A program made the translations under genes and the position numbers. The notes under the pieces are model-generated. The model worked only from the letters and a program-made list of their open reading frames with translations, was not told the DNA's origin and made no database searches. 64,000 bases of DNA from NCBI RefSeq assembly GCF_006345805.1, contig NC_043022.1:22320001-22384000 (forward strand). Direction: 5' to 3'. This stretch comes from Octopus sinensis. Lineage: Eukaryota. Shown piece by piece: positions 52,422 to 64,000 of the stretch; the first letter of the stretch is position 1, and each line of letters begins with the position of its first letter.

Positions 52422-53949
52422 CTACAATGAGTACGTTAACAGAATATTAGATTAAGAGAATACTATGTTAACAGAATACTGAAATCGCAGCAATCTATAA
52501 ACATAACAGCAAACAATGTCAAAATCAACCACACGTGATGTTTACACTTAATAGCTACATAGATAGAGTGGTTGGCGTTAGGAAGGGCATCCAGCTGTAG
52601 AAACTCTGCCAGATCAGATTGGAGTCTGGTGCAGCCATCTGGTTCGCCAGACCTCAGTCAAATCGTCCAACCCATGCTAGCATGGAAAGCGGACGTTAAA
52701 CGATGATGATGATGATAGATATTATTGACAAGATATATTTGCACTGAATGACTACACACATCGTGTTAACATTGAATGGCTACAACACAGCGTATTTACA
52801 CTTGATAACTTCGCACTGTGTACACATTGCATACTTGTGTGTGCATTGATGAGAGTTGGCAACAGGAAGGGCATCCAGCCATAGAAAATCCTACTTCAAC
52901 ATATTCCATCTGACCCTTGCAAACATGATAAAAGGGATAATGGTAGTATTTGCACTACTAACTACACACTGTTTTTACATTTAATAAATACACACTAATA
53001 TCTATACATCATGTTCTCACATAAATAACCAAACCATGTGTTCACAATTAATAACCACACACTCCTTTTGTGACTGTATAATTAAAATCTATACACCATG
53101 TCTATCAATCCAGGAAACATCTACACGTATTTTGTCTATATATCCAGTGAACATCTACATACTCTCTGTTTGTCTACCTACCTAGTCAACATCTGTATAC
53201 TGTGTATATCTATCCAGTCAGCATCTACATACTACATCTATCTATATATGTATCACGTCAGCATCTATAAACTGTGTCTGTCTAATAAAAACCTACAAAG
53301 TATGTCTATCAGTTTCTCTATACACTCATCATCTACACTCTCTCTCTTTTACTCTTTTACTTGTTTCAGTCATTTGACTGCGGCCATGCTGAAGCACCGC
53401 CTTTAATCGAGCAACTCGACCCCGGGACTTATTCTTTTGTAAGCCCAGTACTTATTCTATCGGTCTCTTTTGCTGAACCGCTAAGTAACGGGGACATAAA
53501 CACACCAGCATCGGTTGTCAAGCAATGCTAGGGGGACAAACACAGACACACACATATATATATACATATATACGACGGGCTTCTTTCAGTTTCCGTCTAC
53601 CAAATCCACTCACAAGGCTTTGGTCGGACCGAGGCTATAGTAGAAGACACTTGCCCAAGGTGCCACGCAGTGGGACTGAAAACAAGCTACTTACCACACA
53701 GCCACTCTTGTGTTTGTCTACATAATAAGTCAACATCTACACATTGTCTTTCTGTCCGTTTGTCCAGTCAACAATTTACACACTGTCTGTCTAGTTAAAA
53801 GCACATTAGACACTGTCTATCTAGTTAACCAATGTAGGGAGCAGATTTAATCAGTACGTAGATATTTTGAAAATATCTCACAGAGTGACGATTGTGTTCT
53901 GCATAGTTACAGGCAAGGCATAGCACCCATTCAGTCACCTTGCCAGGGA

Positions 53950-54900
53950 TGCAGCAAAATCATGGGACTGGAGCATGGCGGATTGTGAAGCGGTAGCAAA
54001 AGAGCTCAACTGAGTCAATGGTATTTCATATATTGATGCTGAGCAAATGAATCCTAGAAAATCAATAGTCAGGATTACAAGCTCTATCAAGAGAGTAATT
54101 GCAACGCATGTATAGGGATGCCATCTATGGTTGTGTAATCAGCAGATGAAATATTCACTTATGACTCAAGCTCTGAACTCAAATTCATAATAATGGAATT
54201 GGATGACAAGAGTGAGTCATGGGAGTCTGCGGAAGCAGCGTGGAAAATTGTGAAGAGGCAGTGGAAGAGCCCAGCTGATGGTGAGTGGAGGAGTCCTAGA
54301 AGGTCAATGGTCAGTAATTGCAAAACATTCATAGGGGTGACATCCATGGTTGAGTAATCAGCTAATGACAGATTCACCACGACTCGAGTTTCAAGAGTGA
54401 GTCATGGGAGTCTGCGAAAGCAGTGTGGCAGATTGTGAAGAGGCAGTGGAAGAGCCCAACTGATGGTGAATGGAAGAGTCCTAGAAGGTCAATGGTTAGG
54501 ATCACCAAGCTCTATTAAGAGAGTAACTGCAATGCAACCATAGAGGTGGCATCATTCGTTGTGTAATCAACAAATGAAATATTCACTTATGACTCAATCT
54601 CTCAACTCAAATTCATAATAATGGAATTGGATGACAAGAGTGAGTCATGGGAGTCTGCGAAAGCAGTGTGGCAGATTGTGAAGAGGCAGTTGAAGAGCCC
54701 AGCTGATGGTGAGTGGAGGAGTCCTAGAAGGTCAATGGTCAGTAACTGCAACACAATCTATAGGGGTGACATCCGTGGTTGAGTAATCAGCTAATGATAG
54801 ATTAACCACGACTCGAGTTTCAAATTCAAATTTATGAAAATGGAATTGGATGGCAACAGAGAGAGTCATGGGAATCTGCAAAAGCAGTGTGACCAAAGAA
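53950..54900. repeat. Complex tandem repeat of about 185-245-bp units
   Basis: GAGTCATGGGA anchor at 54214, 54399, 54642 and 54863, with a degenerate copy near 53960. Confidence 0.8.
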
Positions 54901-54986
54901 GAAGTCTAGTTAAAAGCACATTAGTAAAATGTTTCTGAAAATCTCTAACATACCCGGGGAGAAGATTCCTCACATTAAGTTGTTAC

Positions 54987-55088
54987 CTGTCTGTTTTCAT
55001 CTGTTGTTTCATGGACACCGATTCCATCAACAGTCTTCTCCGTGTTCTCATTGAAAGAATGCTTTATTTCTGACATTATAGAATCAAC
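54987..55088 (-). CDS. Large gene exon (VDSIMSEIKHSFNEN...TTDENRQ)
   Basis: Acceptor tgttgtag, donor CAG|GTAACA; 102 nt, phase 0 to 0. Confidence 0.75.
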
Positions 55089-55764
55089 CTACAACATGTA
55101 AACCAACAGGGAGTTGTCTAAGTCGACAACGCTTCACCACAATAACACAGAATTAATGTCATCCTCCTCCCTGATCCACCCTTATTTCCTTACTTCTCCC
55201 TCAAACTGATAATCCCTGCCTCCACCTCAATCCCTGTCTCTAATCATCTGTTACACACTTACCATGTTCTAGCACACTTGCCTACTTACTCACCCTTTTT
55301 TCCCCCTCTAGCCCTATTCTCTCTCTCTCTCACAGACTGCTGCATGAAGATGTCATTTGACTTGGTTTCTATGACTGGATGCCTTTTCCATCATCAGCCA
55401 CTTTCCAGAGCTTACTGGTGAGATTTCCTAGTGGCACCATCACTGGTGACTGTTGTTTGCGTCACCTCCTCAGTGAGACAAGAATAAAGGGGATCGCTAA
55501 TCCCTACTTTACCTCTACTTTCACATCAATGTGTGGTGGGATGGAGTGAGGGCTCCCTGCCATGGTACTGGGAGACGGCCTGTATACTGTACGGGTCAAG
55601 AGTAGATTGTAACCTGAGATTTGTAGTTTCACTCAGGTGATCAAGGAAAGGAATAGGAGAAAGAGAGTGATTGCTGAAAGCAGAATGGCCTGAAGCCCAT
55701 GTCTGAAACATAAGGTTTTACCTGTACTAATTCTTGGAAAGTGTGAGACTGGCAGAGGGCACAG

Positions 55765-56199
55765 GGATCTTTTCGGTTTGAACGGCAGTTTTTTCTAGTG
55801 GTGTCATATGAAATTGTCACCCATAATTATGACCCTAGTATCGATCTATTGCATTTCAATCTGTTTTAGGGTTAGAGATAATTAGGGTTAGAGTTAGGGT
55901 TAGGGTTGGGAGGATGGGTATCTTTTTTTCTTCACAAATGTAAATAAACCCAACCTGTTTCTTAAACGAGGGACATATTCATACGGCACAGAATGTTCTT
56001 TAACTCAATAGACGTATTTGATTGGTTGAAATTGCAGAAATTGAAGAAAAAAACAAATATCTTACAAACTATAGAATTTTCTCAATAAAGCCAGGAGAAA
56101 AAGATGTTTTATAAACACATTCTACCAGTATACGAAGTTTAAAATTTTTTAGTTACCTAGAAATTATGTTAAAAACTGCCGTTCAATCCGAAAAGATTC
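55765..56199. mobile_element. Merlin-like MITE
   Basis: Same TIR; TSD GGGCACAG. Confidence 0.85.
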
Positions 56200-56314
56200 G
56201 GGCACAGGAAATAAAGTGAAAGTGTCAGCTATTAACAATATCATCAGGGTTATGGAAGGACATGGTAATCTTGGAGGTTAGAAATATTCATGACTTTGGA
56301 TTATGATGTCTTAC

Positions 56315-56385
56315 CAATGCATCAGTGTCAATGTTGGGTTTTGTAGCACCATCTTCCAGTAACTTGGCAGCTTGGCTGACGAGAT
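56315..56385 (-). CDS. Large gene exon (DLVSQAAKLLEDGATKPNIDTDAL)
   Basis: Acceptor ttctgtattcag, donor TTG|GTAAGA; phase 1 to 0. Confidence 0.75.
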
Positions 56386-57264
56386 CTGAATACAGAATAT
56401 ATGAGATATTTTAAATCAATTGTGGCTGCATGGTGTATGTGTGTGTGTGTGTATTACTTTATCATTCAATGTATTATTTTGTCTACATACTACTAAAACT
56501 CTGTAACTGCTTGCTTGTCTGTAATTTAATATAGCCAAACTGGTGCATAATGAGAAAATACAATGAAAATAAAGTACCCCTGAAATGTGAATGCAAATGG
56601 AATAAAACAAATTTTGCATAAAGTGGACCATGGATTCCTGAGATAATGGAGTTTTTGGGGTTTGTTTCCACAAATTTAAGCAGTGGAAGCTGGAGTTTTT
56701 TTGCCCTTTACTATGAACACCTGGATAGCTTTGTTGTCATAACTACAGATGTGTACCCCATTGAATTTGTTGCCTCATAACTTCCAGAAAAATGGATACT
56801 TTTTAATGAAATTTTCAACAAATATCTTTTAGATGCAGTGGATTCAGAGTTTATAGGGATTTATGGTAAAGAAATTTTCCGAGATGGGGAGAGGAGTTTC
56901 AGAAAAGAATATGTATGGGTTCACAACCACATAGTTCCAGTTTCAATCCCATTGCAGACACAATGGGTGTCTTTTATTGTAAGCTTTCGTCAAGCAATAC
57001 CTTGTAAGTGGAATTTAATAAATGGAAATACATGTCACACACACACACACACTCTCTCTCTCTCTCTCACACACATACACAGACACACAAACACAGTTGT
57101 GTGTGTGTGTGTGTTTGTTTGTGGACTTTTAAATGTTGGTAGATGTTATGCTATGTGTGTCACGTCCCTTATATTTTCTGCAACCTAGCATCCTGACAAA
57201 TAAGAAGTGACAAAATAAATAGCAACAAACTGAAACAAAATGGAAGCAAGGTTGATATGATTAA

Positions 57265-57485
57265 CCCTTTCGTTACTGTATTTATTTTGAGATGCTCTGT
57301 GTTTCTTTCAATTAATTTTAAATATAATAAAGAATTTAGTAAAATAACTTAGTTATCATTCAGCTGGTGTTAGGAACATAAATTGTGACTAAGGTTTGGT
57401 GGAGGATTTTAATTCAAAACTTATGAAAACAAGACATTTGTACTCAGAACCAGAGTCGGTTTCAGCCGGGCTGGAAATGAAAGGG
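57265..57485. mobile_element. piggyBac-like MITE
   Basis: TTAA|CCCTTT...AAAGGG|TTAA. Close copy at 59920-60139; related elements at 20046-20266 and about 12712-12975. Confidence 0.75.
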
Positions 57486-57585
57486 TTAATCAAAATCCCC
57501 AGAAGGCAGTGCCCCAAAATAGCTTCAACCCATTAACTGAATCCAATATAAAAGATTACTGTAAAACAATATATTAATAGCAGAC

Positions 57586-57703
57586 CTTCCAGTTTGATAG
57601 TTTGTTGGTGTACTACTGATGAAGGTAGATTATTATTTGTGCTGTGGATGGCCATTTCTTCTTGATGGTGGGTCTGTTGGAGACCATCATCTGATACAGC
57701 AAG
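57586..57703 (-). CDS. Large gene exon (LAVSDDGLQQTHHQEE...QQTIKLE)
   Basis: Acceptor tttttctgtctcag; weaker donor AAG|GTCTGC; phase 0 to 1. Confidence 0.65.
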
Positions 57704-58037
57704 CTGAGACAGAAAAATTTGAAAAATATTTAGTGGACAATTGATATTTAGTATTAAATAGTGATGGTGATCATGATGATGATGATGGTTGTGGTTGCAA
57801 TGATGATGGCAACAACAATGAACACAACGATGGCGGCGGTGATGATGATGATGATTATGACAATGATGGTGGTGGTAGTGATTATAATGATGATGGTGGT
57901 GGTGGTGGTGGTGGTGGTAGTGATGATAACGATGATGGTGGTGGTTGGTGATGATAATTGTGATGATGGTGGTTGTGGTGATGATGATGAATCTGTCAGT
58001 CATTAAAACAAAAGTATGGATGCTGACAATTGCTTAC

Positions 58038-58114
58038 CAATGTAGTGTCTGTACTAGGCTCCTCTTGGTAAATTTCAACTTGACTTTTATATAGGACATG
58101 GGTCTGGTAAGGTT
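58038..58114 (-). CDS. Large gene exon (EPYQTHVLYKSQVEIYQEEPSTDTTL)
   Basis: Acceptor cttctcttcaacag, donor TTG|GTAAGC; phase 1 to 0. Confidence 0.75.
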
Positions 58115-58826
58115 CTGTTGAAGAGAAGTTAAAAATTAAGTATGGCATCATATCATATCTAGGAAATGGAAGTACATCAACTGATGTACGATATCTCTAA
58201 CAGTGAAAAACATCAAAGGAGTGTATGTAACTCAATGCAGAACAAATATCACAAGGAATACTTCCAGTTATGGTGTCTAGGTGATGAGACGTTGAATGTA
58301 CAGCTCTGATGCTGAATTAAATAATCTACTTCTGATGAAAAAATGAGATCAAGGGGACAAAAATCCTGATCCAAACCAGTGGTTCCCAGTATAAAATCCT
58401 ACCTAAATGGACCTAACGGTGTGATGGACACAGATTCGGTGGGGGACACAATCAGTGATTTGAAGTCAGCGGATGCCATGTTGATCTCGAATGATATCAA
58501 AGAATTCATTAACTTGCAAACAGTGGAAATCCTCAATGGTAGCTGTGGCAATGATGACAACCTCTGTAAAAGGGGACCTGGAACAACTGAACACTTTGGG
58601 TTGGACACTTTGACCAGAGCTGGCAAGCTGCACCAGGTTCCAGTCTGATTTGGCTTGGTGTCTACAACTGGATGCCCTCCCTAACACCAACCACTTTACA
58701 CTATGGACTTGATGCTTTATAGGAGGCACCCGAGGCTATAGCAGAAGACACTTGCCCAAAGTGCCACACATTGACACTGGAACGATGTGGTTTGGAAGCA
58801 AACTACTTTGCGGGTGTTTGACTGAC

Positions 58827-58926
58827 CTTTATTTGGATCTGGCTGAATTGTTGACTCAACACGTGGTGGGGGAAGTGGTCGACGTTTTACTTCTTTCCAG
58901 GGTTCTGTTTGCAGCACATTGTAATC
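58827..58926 (-). CDS. Large gene exon (DYNVLQTEPWKEVKRRPLPPPRVESTIQPDPNK)
   Basis: Acceptor ttgcag, donor AAG|GTCAGT; phase 0 to 1. Confidence 0.75.
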
Positions 58927-59609
58927 CTGCAATAACCAGCAGACCAGAATTCTTATATTGGTGGTGAGAATGACAAAGATGATAATGATGACGACTGAGG
59001 AGGGGTGTAGAAGAAAAATGAAGAGAAAGAGGAGGGTGGGAGGTAGAGCGATTGTAAGGGGAAGAGGAAGAGAGTAGGGGATAGATGTAAATGTAAGAGG
59101 AGAAGAGAGGGGAGACAGTGAGACAATAGTAAAAATGAGGGATGATAGGGAAGAGAAGATGACAATAAAGGCAATGAAGAAGATGATGATCAAGCTTTTC
59201 AATGAATTCAAATATATTTGATAAATATTTTCACTACAGTTCGCCATGGAGAAAAATTCTTGCTTTTGGCAAATGGTGTAGGACACTAGAGCCCACTAGT
59301 TGGTCCCTTATGGACTAATGTATGCACTTTGAGCTCCTAGTGTTTGTTTGTACGATTATCTTTAGATTATGCAATTATCTATATATATATAAAACAAAGG
59401 ATGTCTGTGTATATGTGTGTGTAATACATATGCATTTCTACAGTTTTCAACCAATTTTCACCAAACTTCACACACATTACTTATAAAAATGATGATTCTG
59501 TCCAAATTGGTGAGCTAAATTCAAATTGTTATTTATGCAAAGCTTTAACATTTACTCCACAAATGTTTTGTCATCAATGCTGCACTTTCCTGTATTCAAC
59601 ATGAATGTA

Positions 59610-59676
<67 letters not shown>

Positions 59677-60414
59677 AACTATGTCGTTTTAATTTCAAGC
59701 AACACCGTATATCTCTGCTAGTTATAAATAAGCATCACCATCAGGCAAGTGATTTTGTCTGTTTCCAGTATTCCATGAAAATCATGTCTGGCCATGGGGA
59801 GATGTTATCTTGCCTGAAAACAGATAAGGGTTGATGACAGGAAAGGCATCTGGCTATAGAAATATCTGCTTTGACAAAATTCCAACTAATTCATGTAATC
59901 ATCAGAAAGTGGATGTTAACCCTTTCGCTACAGTATTTATTTTGAGATGCTCTGTGTTTCTTTCAATTACTTTAAATATAACAAAGAATTTAGTAAAATA
60001 ACTTAGTTATCATTAACCTAGTGTTAGGAATGTAAATTGTGACTAAGGCTTGATGGAATATTTTAATTCAAAACTTACGAAAACAAGACATTTTACCACA
60101 GAGCCAGAGCCGGTTTCAGCCGGGTTGGTAACAAAAGGGTTAAATGATGGTGGTGATGATAATGATGATACTGATAATGATGGCGATGGCAATGGTAGCT
60201 GTGGCAATGATGATAATGGTGATGACAACAACAGCAATGATGAGGAAGAAGATGGGCTACATGAGGTTCGTGTGTGAAAATTGTTGTTGTTCTCCTGAAA
60301 TATGTGGACGTAGACAGTGAGAGAACAATGTGAATTCAGTGAGACATGTTGCCTGCTCAGAGTGAAGAGGGAGGTAGGCTGTGGCTGATAGTTAATTAAA
60401 GAAATGTTACATAC

Positions 60415-60452
60415 ATTATAGATAGCATCTTCGGAGGAACTCATGCAGGAAA
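60415..60452 (-). CDS. Large gene, 38-nt exon (VSCMSSSEDAIYN)
   Basis: Strong acceptor ttttcttcatttcacag, donor GTATGT; phase 1 to 0 fits both neighbours. Confidence 0.75.
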
Positions 60453-60760
60453 CTGTGAAATGAAGAAAATGATTAAGGTATCAAGAATTATTGAAGTTAT
60501 TGTTATTGTTCAGGTCAGTGCTTAGAATCGAACTCGGAATCTTGGGATTAGTAGTCCGAGAGCATATGGCATAGTGGTTAAGAGCGTGGGCTACTAACCC
60601 CAAGATTCCAAGTTCCCTACTTAAACATGGATATTCTGTTAGAACAAACTATACTGTGATAGTTACCATAAGAGAAACTCTCATATTGGCTTTTGGTGCA
60701 AAATGCATTCTTGTTTATATAGCTAGCGGGGAGAAAAATCCTCACCATCTTAAGTGCCGA

Positions 60761-61658
60761 GACCACCAGATTGTGTGATTTCTACCACCCTTGGTCTGTC
60801 AGTGATAGATGCTCAAATGCTAGAAATAGTAGCAATTCATCCCCTTGCCAGTGATACATAGACCACCAGATCGTGTGATTTCTACCACCCTTGGTCTGTC
60901 AGTGATAGATGCTCAAATGCTAGAAATAGTAGCAATTCATCCCCTTGCCAGTGATACATAGACCACCAGATCGTGTGATTTCTACCACCCTTGGTCTGTC
61001 AGTGATAGATGCTCAAATGCTAGAAATAGTAGCAATTCATCCCCTTGCCAGTGATACATAGACCACCAGATCGTGTGATTTCTACCACCCTTGGTCTGTC
61101 AGTGATAGATGCTCAAATGCTAGAAATAGTAGCAATTCATCCCCTGCCAGTGATACATAGACCACCAGATCGTGTGATTTCTACCACCCTTGTCTGTCAG
61201 TGATAGATGCTCAAATGCTAGAAATAGTAGCAATTCATCCCCTTGCCAGTGATACATAGACCACCAGATCGTGTGATTTCTACCACCCTTGGTCTGTCAG
61301 TGATAGATGCTCAAATGCTAGAAATAGTAGCAATTCATCCCCTTGCCAGTGATACATAGACCACCAGATCGTGTGATTTCTACCACCCTTGGTCTGTCAG
61401 TGATAGATGCTCAAATGCTAGAAATAGTAGCAATTCATCCCCTTGCCAGTGATACATAGACCACCAGATCGTGTGATTTCTACCACCCTTGGTCTGTCAG
61501 TGATAGATGCTCAAATGCTAGAAATAGTAGCAATTCGTCCCCTTGCCAGTGATACATAGACCACCAGATCGTGTGATTTCTACCACCCTTGGTCTGTCAG
61601 TGATAGATGCTCAAATGCTAGAAATAGTAGCAATTCATCTCCTTGCCAGTGATATATA
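60761..61658. repeat. Minisatellite, 9 x about 100-bp units
   Basis: Unit GACCACCAGATCGTGTG...CCAGTGATACATA recurs at 60761, 60861, 60961, 61061, 61160, 61259, 61359, 61459 and 61559. Confidence 0.95.
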
Positions 61659-62007
61659 GAAAAACAGGGCCAGAACAGGCGCTGTTGGTGTGATTAGCCA
61701 CTGAGCTTGTTAAAAAATATATATTAGCAACACAGGTCTTGTCAATGGTGGATGCTCGACCACTAGAAATAACAGTGGTTCATCTCTCAGCTGCTGATAT
61801 ATAGGACAGTACCTGAACAGGTGCTGGTACTGTGACTAGCTAGTGAGCTTGTTAAAAAAATATTTACATGGTTGAACATGTCTGTTGATGGAATATTGGT
61901 GGTGGTGGTGGTGATTGTGATGGTGGAGATACTGTGGTGTTGGTATTTTGCATAGCAGGGATGTGTGGATGCTTATGATACCAGAGAGAACGTTTTGTGT
62001 TGGTTAC

Positions 62008-62215
62008 CTTCTGAGAAAGTGTTGTCGGCATCATTGAAGTCCGGTAAGATCACACCTGAAGGATGAGAACCTGCTCCGTCGTACGGCTTCAGTCTTGTAG
62101 TAAGGCCCTCGCTAGACGCTGGCTGCATCTCAAACAAGTGTGCTCGTATATTCTTAGACATGGCTTCCATTGATGATATCATGCTCTCCATTTGGTTGAT
62201 ATCCTTCTCAAAATT
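62008..62215 (-). CDS. Large uncharacterised gene, exon 1 of the reconstructed CDS (NFEKDINQMESMISSMEAM...DADNTFSE)
   Basis: Acceptor ttcag, donor AAG|GTAACC; open frame, phase 0 to 1. Possible start ATG at 62191. Confidence 0.75.
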
Positions 62216-62387
62216 CTGAATCTATTTATTTCATTTTGTTTTGTTTTTTTTTATATTTTGTTGTTGTTATTTCAATGTCACCATGACAATCAGGCCATCA
62301 TGAAACAAACAAACAAACAAAAAAGCCAGTAAGATATAACATCAATGACAACATCAACAAGGACATTATGAATTAACAGTTACAATG

Positions 62388-62804
62388 GGATCTTTTCGGT
62401 TTGACCGGCAGTTTTTTCTAGTGGTGTCATATGAAATTGTCACCCATAATTATGACCCTAGTATCGATCTATTGCATTTCAATCTGTTTTAGGGTTAGGG
62501 TTAGGGGTGGGGAGAAGGGTATATTTTTTTCTTCAAAAATGTAAATAAACCCAATCTGTTTCTTAAACGAGGGACATATTCATACGGCACAGAATATTTT
62601 CACCTCAATAGACGTCATTGATTGTTTGAAATTGCAGAAATTGAAGAAAAAAAACAACAAATATCTTACAAACTATAGAATTTTCTCAATAAAGCCAAGA
62701 GAAAAAGATGTTTTATCAACACATTCTACCAGTATACGAAGTTTAAAAGTGTTTAGTTACGTGGAAATTATTTTTAAAAACTGCCGTTCAAACCGAAAAG
62801 ATCC
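62388..62804. mobile_element. Merlin-like MITE
   Basis: Same TIR; TSD TTACAATG. A further copy at about 2537-2968 has no clear TSD. Confidence 0.85.
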
Positions 62805-63156
62805 TTACAATGTTTATGTAAATGACACAACTACTACTACTACTACTATGACAACAACAACGATGAGACACTATTACTATTTCTATTTCTACTAATATTG
62901 GTTTCAAATTTTAGCACAAGGCCAACAGGTTTGGAGGGGGGAACTTGATTACAACGCCAGTGTTCAACTGGTACTTATTTTATTTATCTAGAAAGGATGA
63001 AAGAGAAAGTCGACCTTGGTGGAGTTTGAACTCGGAACAAAGACAGATCAAATGCCACTAAGCATTTTGTGTTGCCTGTTAATGATTCTGCTTGCTTGCC
63101 ACCTTAATAACAACAACAACACCAATCGAAAGATCACCCTCACCCCTATCACTCAC

Positions 63157-63420
63157 GTAGAAAAATACAGTTTATGAATCTGGGAAATTTTTTTTTAACA
63201 TTTAATTTTTCTTTAATACTCAGTGCACTTTCCACGCCCCCCCCCCCTCACTACCACCCCCGCTTTCAAAAAACTAAAACCTCAAACTGTTTCACTTTCA
63301 ACCGATGCTTCACGTATGCGTAGAATTCTACTGAAGTAGCCGACGTCAAAAATATCAAACCACCACCAGAAATCTCGACATGCTAGAAACAATAGTTAAA
63401 CGACATTATTTCTGGAAAAA
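63157..63420 (-). promoter_or_regulatory. Possible promoter / 5'UTR first exon of the large gene
   Basis: Locally CpG-richer unique sequence with an SP/KLF-like CCACGCCC (about 63232), a CRE-like TGACGTC (about 63342-63348) and a GTGAGT donor at 63156. The 23 nt before the donor contain a stop in the required frame, so the exon would be non-coding. Confidence 0.3.
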
Positions 63421-63686
63421 CTTTTCCACTTTCAAAAAAGCACTTAGAGGTGATAGGTGGAATTTGGAGAAGAGGGTTTGGGTGTTTCTTTAAGAAAAAT
63501 TGAAAAAAAAAAAATTCTTAAAGAATCCTAATCGCTATTTTTCTAATGGATTAAAAAACAAATTTCGAAAAAAGTTAAAAATAAAAAATTTGGGGTGGGG
63601 ACGTTTAGGGTTACTAAAACTTTGAAAACGTGTCTTGTGGGCAAAATCTTTATTTCATCATCGTCGTCGTCGTCGTCATCATCATC

Positions 63687-63718
<32 letters not shown>

Positions 63719-64000
63719 CATCATCATCGTTTAGCATCCGCTTTCCATGCTAGCATGGGTTGGACGGTTCAACTGGGGTCTGGGAAGCCAGAAGGCTGCG
63801 CCAGGCCCAGTCTGATCTGGCAATGTTTCTATGGCTGGATGCCCTTCCTAATGCCAACCACTCCATGAGTGTAGAGGATGCTTTTTACGTGCCACCGGCA
63901 CAAGGGCCAGACGAGGCTGGCAATGGCCATGATTGGATGGTGCTTTTTATGTGCCACCGGCACGATTTACGTGTCACTGCTATATCAAAGACAGGAACCC

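Noticed and set aside
60761-61658. CRISPR-like array
   Set aside because: The units are contiguous and identical with no unique spacers; the DNA is eukaryotic and there are no cas genes.
1-64000. Hammerhead ribozyme in SINEs or hairpins
   Set aside because: By eye I found no CUGAUGA...GAAA core with compatible stems; an Infernal/RNAMotif scan would be needed to exclude it.

Overview
This is AT-rich, repeat-dense eukaryotic genomic DNA with microsatellites, SINEs, MITEs and LINE/DNA-transposon relics. The repeat families look like those of an octopus (cephalopod) genome; that assignment is inference. Two convergent spliced genes can be reconstructed by hand from splice sites and reading-phase continuity. 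(1) The last four coding exons of a UPF0764/C16orf89 homolog lie on + (988-5927). (2) A large minus-strand gene spans about 62215 to 8363, with about 18 well-supported exons plus an ambiguous middle section. It encodes a roughly 1050-1100 aa, mostly low-complexity protein I cannot assign to a family; it has an RVxF-type PP1-docking motif, PxPPP motifs and an acidic tract. Most of its exons are invisible or out of frame in the ORF track. Its middle has four mutually incompatible phase-1-to-0 candidate exons, possible alternative last exons (one readable in two frames, with an in-frame TGA) and an intronic NRF1/ETS palindrome. The introns hold tRNA-derived SINEs, Merlin-like MITEs with 8-bp TSDs, piggyBac-like MITEs, non-autonomous Helitrons, mariner/Tc1 and CR1/RTE relics, a 9 x 100-bp minisatellite and several long fold-back palindromes. 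I found no CRISPR array, rRNA or genuine tRNA gene.
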